Source of the DNA: Octopus sinensis | Lineage: Eukaryota | Length of the DNA: 42,952 nt | NCBI RefSeq assembly: GCF_006345805.1 | Contig: NW_021835060.1 | Location: 1 to 42,952, forward strand | Reading direction: 5' to 3' | In this document: positions 1-10,145 of the stretch, piece after piece | Layout of the letters: each line of letters starts with the position of its first letter | Numbering within the stretch: position 1 is the stretch's first letter | Notes under the pieces: model-generated | What the model was told of the DNA's origin: nothing | The model's input: the letters and a program-made list of their open reading frames with translations, nothing else | Databases searched by the model: none | Translations under genes and position numbers: made by a program

Positions 1-639
1 AACATTGAACTTCAGGCTATCATAGTATAACAGTCTATATCAATCATTCAAAGATCTTTCTCTCTATATAAAACCCACTGATGAAAACTGTGCCTACTCA
101 TGGTCCCTATTTACTTCTAAGTCAACTGAATTAACAGAAAATAAATATCTTAACCAAGAGCAATGTTAGTGATCTGGGCACGAACCTTCAACGATGCTTT
201 ACTGCCTCAGCTGTTTTGTAGATTTGTTCGCTAAGTGTGAAGGTTAATTACTGCATTGTAGGAAAGACATGCACTCGTTTAACAGAACGCCAAGTTTCTT
301 CAATAGACGATAGACCACTCGCTTACTATTTAATGAAAGTACATCTTTACAAAGGGTTAGCTAATACATACTAATGGACAACGCGTCTGTTTTTCTTTTT
401 CTTTTACAGATTATTGTTTGAAGAATATTTCGGCCGAACGTCAGCCACAGCTGCAAATTACAGCATTACGGAACCAATATTCCTTGAGACCTTTCATTGA
501 TCCGGGCACTTTCACTTGACAGTAGAAACCGACGTTAGAGGTACTAAGCGCCGGCTTCCCGTGGCTGAAATTATAAATATTAATGCGGATTGTGGTAAGG
601 TTCAGGAAGAAGTACAACAGATAGTTTTCTAAGTCGGTG

Positions 640-790
640 GTCATTTAGTGGGTGGCCCGCCCAAATGATTATATACTCGAGCGGAAAACTACGCTGATAC
701 AGTCAGCTATCGAGATAGCTTCTCTCTTGAATATCTAACAACCATTACAAATATTAATGGCACCTTTTCCGCGAGAATACATCTTTTTCG
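640..790. promoter_or_regulatory. CpG-richer, promoter-like patch (unconfirmed)
   Basis: Local CpG enrichment with a GC-box-like CCCGCCC, a DRE-like TATCGAGA inside a small palindrome (AGCTATC-GA-GATAGCT) and an E2F-like TTTTCCGCG. Motif-level evidence only; no linked gene identified. Confidence 0.2.
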
Positions 791-1302
791 TCCCTTCAAT
801 CTAACAGAGGAGAATATCTTAGGGTTTATTGTCCAGAAAAACAATATAAAACGAATATAAAATATCATATTATAATCGTAGACGTTATTTAGCTTTCTGT
901 TTTCGAAACACATCGGCAATGTGCCCCGCAGTTTAGTTACAGCTCAAGCGATTAACAATGGCAAGCTATATAAAAGTTTAACGCTAAGCTGAGAAAATGT
1001 GTTGTTAATAATGAGAATTTATATCAGAGTATCAGAGATAAAATTTGCATGAACATAATAATATAAGACATATTGAATGTTCTGATGAATAAATTATATT
1101 GACTGATATTCAGAGGAGTTTGCTGACTAATATTTACACTTTCCTCTCATTTATGATACACGAGCCTCTAATACAAGAACAGAAAGGAAGCAGAGTTGGC
1201 TTAATATCAGGCCACGTTTTTTAACAGTAAGTAGTCACATATCTTTACTTTCTGAGTTCAAATCTCAGTAGTGCGTACTTTTAATCTATGTCTCCAAATA
1301 AA

Positions 1303-1496
1303 AATAAATAAATGCGCCCTTTTAAAGCCTAGCCAGGCTCATGGGCCCGGTTTCTATTGCGTATGCGTTCCCCAGCTGGAAGGGAAGCCAGTCCATCGCA
1401 GCGTTACTTATTTTTGACAGCTGAGTGGGCTGGAATCGAAACCACAATCTTACGGTCATGATGCTGACACCCTAACCACTAAGCCACGTGTCTCCA
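1303..1496 (-). mobile_element. tRNA-derived SINE (family D), internally deleted, with 17-bp TSD
   Basis: Minus strand starts with a tRNA-like head (TGGCTTAGTGG box A, GGTTTCGATTCC box B) and ends in (TTTA)n. Flanked by the exact direct repeat CTATGTCTCCAAATAAA at 1286-1302 and 1497-1513. Confidence 0.85.
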
Positions 1497-1982
1497 CTAT
1501 GTCTCCAAATAAATATTTTCAAAACTACTACTCATAATAAGAAAACCCTACACCTCTATTGCTAATGCTGTTGCAGACTAGAAAGTGAAAGTGAAAGGAA
1601 TTAACTGCGAGTTTTTGTCTCGGAGACATTGAGTCGAGCTCTAGTCACTACATTGCATTACCAGACATGGTGTTTCGGTGTGAATTCGTCTCTTCAGTAG
1701 CAGACACATTCGCTGCAATATGTGCTTATACTAAATAAATTCCTGATTGGCATACCCCAACACAGATTACGAAACGTATGATTCGCTGTTTCCTATAGCT
1801 AAGAACAAAGTTCCTACTTATCTCCAAATGACCGAGATGGAATCTGCTTGGCAAGAGACAACATCAAGCAAAACACTGCGTCTAGTACTCCGTTGGCATC
1901 ATTGTGGGTTTGATTTGATGTACTTTAACATGCAAATTTAAATCATTTTTTTCTCCTACCTTGAAACCCCTCTCACTTTCAA

Positions 1983-2153
1983 GTGAGCTGGTAGAATCAT
2001 TAACAGGCAGAGCACAATGCGTCACTCCACTGGGGTACACTTTGCTCTTCATCTTTTCGGGGTCGATAAAATAAGTACCAGTTAAGCACTTATTTTATCG
2101 ACTTACCCACTACCCCGAAATTGCTGGCCTTGTGCCAACATTTGAAACCAGTA
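1983..2153 (+). mobile_element. SINE family A fragment
   Basis: GAGCTGGYAGAATC head, TTTTCGGGGTCGATAAAATAAGTACC core and GGCCTTGTGCC tail, shared with several other copies in this window. Confidence 0.8.
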
Positions 2154-2164
2154 ACAGAGGGAAA

Positions 2165-3030
2165 TAAACGATTACGTTAACTGAAGCACCATCACCATCT
2201 CTAACAACCATAACACCAAAATTACGAACAGTAACATCCCCATCACAACTACCACCACTACGGACACAGCCAACATCTCAAACACCAGCAAATACTATCA
2301 TGCACACAAATCAAAAACAAAAACAACTAAGAAAATTCACTTCCATAAGCACGAAAGACAAAATCACGAAATCCTCATCAACAAACAACAAACCAATGTA
2401 CATAAAAATCATACGAATAGCACAAAACACACATAACACCATGAAAAAAATGCTCGTGGAAACACCCACATCTGAATAGGTGGACCGAACAGCTATCCCT
2501 GCTCCCTTACAAAATCTCTTTTTTGTTCCTTCTTTCTCTCTCATTAACATGGCCGGGTTCCGAATAGGAAGTATAAATGAATGTGGCCTAGGATCGCCTT
2601 AGAACAAGGCCACCATGAAAAATTGCTCGTGGAAACACCCACATCTAAATAGGTGGACGGAACAGCTGTCCCTGCTCCCTTACAAAATCTCTTTTTTGTT
2701 CCTTCTTTCTCTCTCATTAACATGGCCGGGTTCCGAATAGGAAGTATAAATGAATGTGGCCTAGGATCGCCTTAGAAACAAGGCCACTTATTCAATGACC
2801 TCAGGTTGCTTGCTAGGTATAGATGTTGTGGCTATCAGTGAGACCAGATTTTCCGATACTCAACCTTTCATGCCATGGATACGATATTTTCTTATCTCCA
2901 TGTCAACGAGGAAAAGAGAGTAGAGTGGAACTGCGGTATTGTTCAAGAAAGGTTTGGATTTCAAGATATGGGCCATCTTCCTGAACCCTCGTAGTTTTGT
3001 GTGGTCTTACGAGCAACCTCAGGAAGAGGT
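2165..3030 (+). mobile_element. Tx1/L1-like LINE remnant: possible ORF1 C-terminus plus start of the ORF2 AP-endonuclease
   Basis: ATG at 2722 reads MAGFRIGSINECGL, then across stops and frameshifts GIDVVAISETRF ... GTAVLFKKGLD. This matches the N-terminal N-x-x-G-L and D-x-x-x-x-x-E-T motifs of L1/Tx1 APE domains. Upstream is an open Thr/Pro/Lys-rich frame ending near 2478. Confidence 0.7.
2437..2784 (+). repeat. 174-bp tandem duplication
   Basis: 2437-2610 and 2611-2784 are near-identical (CACCATGAAAAA...ACAAGGC). Confidence 0.95.
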
Positions 3031-3171
3031 TTTAGAAAATTATTCATCCTTAAAATATATTTTATCAGTTTCTACTTTTCATACGCGTCTTTGTGTGACC
3101 ACCATATTGTATTGTCCAGTACCGTTCCCAACGTGATTATAGGCCCTTTGTGGTAATTAGAGAAAGCATTA

Positions 3172-3191
3172 TTATAATAATAATAATAATA

Positions 3192-3254
<63 letters not shown>

Positions 3255-3317
3255 GTTGTTGTTGTCGTTGTTCTGTTGTGTTGTGTGTGTTGTTTTTGTT
3301 GTTATTATTATTATCAT
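3172..3317. repeat. compound (TAA)n/(ATT)n/(GTT)n microsatellite
   Basis: Read directly; the (TAA)n to (ATT)n switch is self-complementary. Confidence 0.95.
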
Positions 3318-3399
3318 TCTTTCTAATCTCAGTAATTCAGATAGAAATTACCATAAACTTTATACAAATATATACGACATACACCTACAAACGTATATT

Positions 3400-3433
<34 letters not shown>

Positions 3434-3832
3434 TATATATGAATGTATGTATGTATATGTAACATGTATATGTATGTATATATGTATATATATATATACA
3501 TACATATATATATATGTATGTATATATATATACGGTATAATTTGTGTTTATATGCTTGATTTGTTTGTAGGTATCTGTGTGTCGAGAGGGGGTGTATGTG
3601 TGTGTGTATGTGTGTGTGTGTGTGTATGTGTGTGTGTCTGTGTGTGTGTGTGTGTGTGTACAAAGTTAATGGTAATTTGTCCCTGAATATCTGAGATTAG
3701 GAATTATCATCCTTAGAATCTGATATATTCGGTCCGTTATCCTTACATTAATAATCATCTATATATACATACATCAAACATACATGCATACACACATACA
3801 TACATACATACATACACCCATACATACATACA

Positions 3833-3889
<57 letters not shown>

Positions 3890-3898
3890 TATCATTTA

Positions 3899-3940
<42 letters not shown>

Positions 3941-4284
3941 GTCTTGGGAGAGTCATTTTGTTTTAATGTCTAATTAATTAACACACTCACCGGTTCGATT
4001 TCCACTCATTTATTTATTTAATTTTTGTTTCTAAAATTTTCATTTCTGCTTGCAGCCTCTTTAATAATCCCTATATATATATATCATATATATAATATAT
4101 ATATAATATATATATATATAAGTAGATATTATATAGTAGTAGTAGTAGTAGTAGTAGTGTAGTAGTAGTAGTAGTAGTAGTTGGTGTGTTGTTGTTGCTG
4201 TTGTTCTTGTTGTTTCAGCTGAAGGGTTGTAGTCATGCTGGGGCATCGCCAACTGGTATTACTACACTTTCATTAATCCTTCTT

Positions 4285-4795
4285 TAATAATTGGTAATTG
4301 GTGAAGAGGGGAGTTTGATGCTGCTGCCCCCATTCTCTCTTCCTGTCGTGAAGTTGGCTCATCTGGGACTCTTGACAGTAGGAGATCTTGTTTGGCTTTG
4401 AAGACACCTACGCCTATACCAAGTCGATTCCGCAGCTCCTTTGGGAGAATTGTGAAAGAGCCGTAAGGCCCTGGAATACCAATCTATCGCAGTATCTGGA
4501 CGAGTATTTTGACGCCAACAGAAGCATATTTGGCACCTTGCAAAGGTACCCGGTTGTGTTGTTTGTATAACTTTCTAAGTCGAAGTCCTTCTAAGATCTT
4601 CCAGATGTATGCTGCAGCATATCTTTTCCACCTTCTTTCCCGGGAGTAAAGTCTTAACCTCTCGACTTTTTCCCAGTAGCTAATTTGATACCCTATGGTT
4701 ATCTTCTTCGTGTAGCATCGCTGGACAACTTCGGTTTCCGCTATTAATTTCAGACTGTGCTTTGACCATTGTTGAGAGCAATAGTCAGGAATGCT
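4285..4795 (-). mobile_element. CR1/L2-group LINE, 3' RT fragment (degenerate)
   Basis: Minus strand: DYCSQQW..SLKLIAETEVVQRCYTKKI..YWEKVERLRLYSRERRWKRY...IWKILEG, then LPKELRN...VFKAKQDLLLSRVPDEPTSRQ...SNSPLHQ. This is the C-terminal signature of CR1/L2-type reverse transcriptases. Confidence 0.9.
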
Positions 4796-4814
4796 TACGA
4801 CAAAAGTGCACCAA

Positions 4815-4937
4815 AGGACCAAATTCCGCGGAGGTCGATTTTACCTTTCATCCTTTCGGGGTCGATTAAGTAAGTACCAGTTACGAACTAGGGTCAATCT
4901 AATCGACTTAATCCCTTTGCCTGTCCTTGTTTGTTCC
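4815..4937 (+). mobile_element. SINE family A fragment
   Basis: AAATTCCGCGGAGGTCGA..TTTCATCCTTTCGGGGTCGATT..AAGTACCAG core. Confidence 0.75.
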
Positions 4938-5028
4938 TTCTACGAAATATATATATATCTTACCATAATATATATTCTCCGATTTGAAGCGACAATTTTA
5001 AATACAAAGCCTTTCTGATTTGTTTACG

Positions 5029-5096
<68 letters not shown>

Positions 5097-5875
5097 ATAT
5101 ATTATATATATATATATTATGTAGATATATATGTGTATGTGTATATGTATATGTATGTATATATATATTATATATATATATATTATATATATGTATGTAT
5201 ATATTATATATATATATATAATATATATATATGTATGTATGTATATACATACATACATACATACATACAATACATACATATACACATATATGTATATATA
5301 GATATACTTATAGCTGTCACATCCAGATCCTATGAGTGTATGTACGTATACATGTCTGCATGCATGAACGTATGCATGTGTGTGCATAAACAGAGAAACA
5401 GATAGATGTTGACAATAGGACAGAGCGATATAAAAAGGGGTGGGGCTGCGTAGGGGGGGGAATGAAACCTTTCTAACAACAGATAGAGTGAAATCCTGAA
5501 ATGAAGTAAAAAAAAAAACTAAACGATTAAACGCTTATTGGTCGTTCATTTTGAAAGCCCCAATGGGTGGTGGAGCGACCAAGTACAAAACCCCAGATCA
5601 GTAACCCTCGTAAATCACGACCAATCTCATAATTCTTAGGGAGACACCTCAAATTGTAATGCGAGAGAACTACGTTAGAGTTATGTATTGTATTACAAAT
5701 TCACGTAGTTTAGTTGGCCGGGGGTGGGGGAGAAGTAAATATCAGCAGCTGATATGGATGGGGGGTATGGAATAACCATATGGATACAGTTCGGTCTGGA
5801 ACTGTCTATATATGAATTATATACAAACACATAGATACGCACATATGAATCACACACACACACATACATACACTT

Positions 5876-5929
<54 letters not shown>

Positions 5930-5985
5930 AATTTATGTATATTCATATATATATAGATATATATAATATATATATATATATATAT

Positions 5986-6200
5986 AAGAAGTTGGAAAAC
6001 GCCACTATATAAGATAAATTTTAATTATCTTAGAAACTTTACATGTTTCGGTTCTTCTTGAAAAAACGAACCTTATCAAAAATATTTAAAAAGTTAAGTG
6101 TACTAATTGTTTCATACTGGTCTCAACAGAATCCACGTGGTGGTTTTTTGTGGGGAGTGAGCATAATAGCTGTCTTATGTGTTCGAATAAAACTAAGGCA
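5986..6200 (-). mobile_element. Penelope-like/retrozyme-like tail carrying a hammerhead motif
   Basis: Short unique segment between TA-rich microsatellites that contains the 6036-6083 motif. The family assignment is inferred from the ribozyme and the context. Confidence 0.5.
6036..6083 (-). ncRNA. minimal type-I hammerhead ribozyme candidate, U3-A8 core variant
   Basis: Minus strand: ATTT-TTGATAA-GGTTC(13 nt)GAACC-GAAAC-AT-GTA-AAGT. Perfect 5-bp stem II, palindromic ACATGT stem III, 4-bp stem I including one G-U. Confidence 0.65.
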
Positions 6201-6244
6201 ATATATATATACACACACACATATATATCTTTTATATTTTATGG

Positions 6245-6670
6245 TTTTCAGTCCGAGGCTGAGGACGCTGTGGTGCACCGCGTTTACTGCATCCAGGGAT
6301 TTTTCCAGTATTTCTTCTGGTGAAGTAGCGAGTTGGACGTTGCGGCTCTTCTTTGTACCTCTTGACGCGATGTGGGTTCATCCGGAATTTCAGATAAAAA
6401 AAAACTGTCTAGACATTTTTTGAAGACGCAATTAGTTTTAAACTCTGCGGGAACCACAGTTGGGAGCAGTAGTCCAGAAGCATTGTGTCTCTGTTCCTAG
6501 TCCTGAAGGATCTCAGGATCCAGCCTGCCACCCGCACACGCAGCGTTGCCTTCCGAGCAATGCGCACATGGGAAGTTACATTCGTTGCTCATGTGGATTC
6601 CCACGTCACGCATCGACTCTAACTCTGGGATGACATTGCCTGCTGGTCCCGTGTACTTCAGCTTAGTTTG
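6245..6670 (-). mobile_element. CR1/L2-group LINE 3' fragment with internal deletion
   Basis: Minus strand: AGWILRSFRTRNRDTML.LDYCSQLWFPQSLKLIA joined directly to VFKKCLDSF..EIPDEPTSRQEVQRRAATSNSLLHQ. Same family as 4285-4795. Confidence 0.85.
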
Positions 6671-7081
6671 TTTGTGAGCTTATAGCAGAGTGCTTGAAAT
6701 TTGACGACATTGAACTGTATATTATTCTCATCAGCCCATTTATATATTGCATTCAGGTCATTTTGTAGTCTTAGGGTGTCAGTAGGATTCTTATTTATTT
6801 ATTTATTTATTTATTTACTTATTCATGTATGTATGCATGTATGTATGTATGTATGTATGTATGTATGTATGTATGTATGTATGTATGTATGTATAAGCAT
6901 GTCTCTATACACAGAATAATATTATCCATTTATACTTATTCAATTCTACATTTGAGAATTAATGTTTGATTCTCCTTTTCTCTCTCTATCTCTCTCTCTC
7001 TCCCTCTCACACGCACACACACACACGCATACGTATGTATGCGTGTGTGTATGTGTGTGTGTATATAACAATGTACACGTA

Positions 7082-7967
7082 TGAGATGGTATCAAAAAGT
7101 TCCCTGACTAGTGGTGCTTAGTAACTAAGTAACTTATTTACCTACGCTATAAGAGCCTCTCCTCCGAAATAGTAACCTTGCGCAGCAATACACCGGTCCC
7201 AGCGTTCCTACTTCTTTTGGAATCCAGTCTGGAAGTCGCTTTCAGTAGGCGAGTGAAGGACGTTCTACGATTCGCTCTGGATCTCCACAACAGTGTTAAA
7301 ACGACGACCTTTGAGCTGCATTTTCATGTTGGGGAAAGAGGTGGAAGTCCGCAACTGCTAAATCTGACGAATATGGTGGCTGCAGAAATTGTATTTTGCG
7401 AGAAACTCACGAATGAGGAGAGATCGATGAGGATTCCAATTCTTTGCGATCAACAAATCCGGTCGCTTTCACTGAATGTCCTCCCTCAAAATGTCGCAGT
7501 AGAACTCACGATTGACGCTCTGTATCTGGGGCTCGGTCGAATTCTTGATGCGCAATACTTCATTTCCATGGATGACGCACATAGGAGGTATTCCTGATCG
7601 CTCATCGTCTTCCAAGGACGCTCTTCCGCTCCTGAAGTGGCTATGTCACCCGAAACATTGCGTACGACCAACTGCCTCGTTACCGTAAGTTTACCGAAGT
7701 ATACCCAATGTCTCTGTAGCAGACTTCCCAAGTTTAACGCAAAATGTCACGTTGGCTCTTTGTTCCTGTCCATGACAAAACCGAAGACTGCAACATACAC
7801 ACGTGATCACAAAAACACAAATTTCACAACTTGCGAAATAAACCCAGCTGTGTCACTCAGCACACTACTCATAAAAATCACTGCTAGCTCCCATTGCGCA
7901 CGTAGCTGTGTGCTGCCATCTGTTGGCGCGCTACAGAACTAGTCAGGAAACCTTTTATACCACCTCA
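7082..7967 (-). mobile_element. mariner DNA transposon, internally deleted and non-autonomous
   Basis: About 30-bp TIRs (7082-7112 TGAGATGGTATCAAAAAGTTCCCTGACTAGT; reverse complement at 7938-7967) with TA on the left. Minus-strand remnants MDKEQRANVTFCVKLGKSATETL, EDDERSG, VNREFYCDIL, PPYSSDLAVADFHLF, MKMQLKGRRF. Confidence 0.95.
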
Positions 7968-8109
7968 AATTCGTGTATGTGTTAGAGAATGTATGTACGT
8001 ATGTATATATATATATGTCTATGTGTGAGAGAAGACTGGTCCTGTATACTTACAGACGTATATTCTGTATACATGTTAGTGTGTTTATTTATATATCTAT
8101 GTATGTATG

Positions 8110-8146
<37 letters not shown>

Positions 8147-8277
8147 ATATATACATGTATATATAGATACATGTAAGCCTGTCATTGTTCAGTTTTATTT
8201 CAATATTTCTTGTGAATAGAGAAAGAGCCGGTTTGTAACCTTGACCCAAGGTATGTATGTATGCATGCATGTTTAAG

Positions 8278-8355
<78 letters not shown>

Positions 8356-8364
8356 GTGTGTGTG

Positions 8365-8399
<35 letters not shown>

Positions 8400-8624
8400 G
8401 TGTTAGGTGTGTGAGAAAAATAGAGAGAGTATTCAGGTTGAACAGTGATAATTGGGAGAGCGCAGCGAATTTCAATCGGAACATACGACCACACAAGTTC
8501 ATACACTAATACACACACACATTCACACACATACATACACACACATACACATATACACACGCACACACATGCACACACACAAATATGTAGTATATACAGG
8601 ATCCAAAGGCACTGCAATCCCAGA

Positions 8625-9260
8625 CTTACAGACACACTGCGAGGCCTGGGTTCACGTGTAATGATGCACTATTTCAAATGCATCTTAACCAACATGGCAA
8701 CAAAGTGTAGGCGATTGGCAGGATGGCTTGTAAAGTCATTCTAATCTTGTGCAAAATCTTTGCTCCCAACTGCCTGGACTACAGCTCGTAGCAGTGGTCA
8801 TTGCATAGTGTCAGACTAACAGCGGAGCTTCAAGGATTCCAATGTTACTACACTAAAAAGATTGTCAAAGTTCAGCGGATGAACTACAAAGAGAGAGACT
8901 GGAAAAACGACGACTTTACTCCATGAAGCAAAGATGCAAGAGATATGCATTAATTTATATGAGGAACATTCTGGAAGAAATAGCACCTTACCTCGGCACT
9001 GCGTAGTACCAAAGATACCAGCCAATCCATCTAAAATGAGGAAATAGAACTGAAAGATCACAGGGTTCAAAGGCCCACAGCTGTTCATTGCCCTGACAAA
9101 AGAATTAAGAAAACTACGGCATGTGGCTGACATTAACATGGAATTGGACAGTTTTTCTATGCACGATACCGGGCGAACAATGAAGTAGAGACGAAGAGCG
9201 CGATGCCAAACACTCATAAGCACCAAATGAGCCAACAACAAAGAAAAGAAAGTAAATACA
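8625..9260 (+). mobile_element. CR1/L2-group LINE 3' RT fragment (degenerate)
   Basis: Plus strand remnants MATKCRRLAGWLVKSF, YTKKIVKVQRMNYKE..LEKRRLYSMKQRCKRYALIYMRNILE, FKGPQLFIALTKELRKL. Same family as the other two fragments. Confidence 0.9.
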
Positions 9261-9374
9261 TAATAAACGAACGGCATAAGGAATGGTTACAGTCACGGTG
9301 GTGCCCCAGGATGACTGCAGCTCTATGGCTGAAACAGATAACGGGAATAAAGGAAAGTAATATTTATGTAACCA

Positions 9375-9585
9375 CAGGTGGATTGTTTGCGATCTTTTTC
9401 CTCCGTCTTCCATTTCTCTTCAACTTTCCTTTGTTTCCTGTTTCTGGAGAAGAACTTTCCTCGAAACATAAAACTACCTTTCTTTGTTTCCCTGAGCGTC
9501 TTATTTAAGACGTTGCATGCACCACGTCCTCGCGTTGTAGTTTTTCCTTGTGTTTTTTCTTCGTTTTTTGTTTTTCATAACTAAT
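9375..9585 (+). mobile_element. Penelope-like tail (GAGC-TCC-GCTC family) with degenerate hammerhead at 9440-9474
   Basis: GTTT-CTGGAGA-A-GAACTTTCCTC-GAAAC-ATA-AAAC followed by CCTGAGCGTC...CCACGTCCTCGCGTTGT, homologous to 34517-34653 and 42817-42952. Ends near (TA)n. Confidence 0.7.
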
Positions 9586-9590
9586 ATTAT

Positions 9591-9641
<51 letters not shown>

Positions 9642-9648
9642 AGACTTT

Positions 9649-9704
9649 ATCACAAATGTCTGACGAACGGCAACGTGAAACTCGGAGTAAAAGCGTTTTG
9701 TGAT
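9649..9704 (+). ncRNA. type-I hammerhead ribozyme candidate with canonical core
   Basis: CTGACGA(9660-66)-ACG[GCAA]CGT-GAAAC(9677-81)-TCGGA-GTA(9687-89). Distal stem I ATCACAAA/TTTGTGAT; proximal stem I is weak. Confidence 0.65.
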
Positions 9705-9817
9705 CTTTTTGCAACTTTAATAAAAAAAGCATATTACTCTACTTTTGATATTCGAGAACTATCTTTTCCCACCTTGTTTTGCATTGATGTGCTTACTAGT
9801 GTGGTGGAAAGAAACTC

Positions 9818-10145
9818 GGGGAGAGCGTAACAGCAGGTGGTCCTCAGAGGCTTTTCGCCCCTTAGCTCCTGACACTCTAGGGAGGTCGGACCACATCCGT
9901 GTCATGACTCACGGATGTCCACCTGCTGTCCGTTTTTGAACGCTTTAGGTGGGATTGGTTTCTCTGTGACGTGTGTTGCGGCCCTGAGAAAGGTTAAGTA
10001 CCCGTTTCCGGCTGGGTACACTGGCGAGCGCTCGGATGCCCCAGGTGTGAGAGTTCTTATCTCTCACTGTTTTTGTGGGGTTCGCACCCGGATCGCCGGC
10101 TCCAGAGGCGCAGGCCTACACGACTACGCCAATCTGGCACTCGCC
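9818..10145. other. GC-rich, strongly self-complementary island (structured RNA or retroelement 5' region, unassigned)
   Basis: ACAGCAGGTGG/CCACCTGCTGT (9830-40/9919-29), ACATCCGTG/CACGGATGT (9893-9901/9910-18), GGTCC/GGACC, GTACCC/GGGTAC, GTGAGAG/CTCTCAC. Confidence 0.4.

Noticed and set aside
410-632. Strong acceptor at 408-409 followed by a frame with a single in-frame TGA (498-500): possible selenoprotein exon
   Set aside because: The peptide resembles no selenoprotein family I know, has no CxxU-type context, and I see no SECIS. All three frames stop, so at most this is a non-coding or terminal exon.
441-644. 67-aa minus-strand ORF (MTTDLENY...CSCG)
   Set aside because: No recognisable domain; its length is within chance expectation.
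9818-9929. HDV-like or hammerhead fold for the GC-rich island
   Set aside because: The would-be P3/L3 loop is only 3 nt and there is no J4/2 catalytic C-A strand. On the minus strand GAAA and CTGAGGA are only 5 nt apart, too close for any hammerhead topology.
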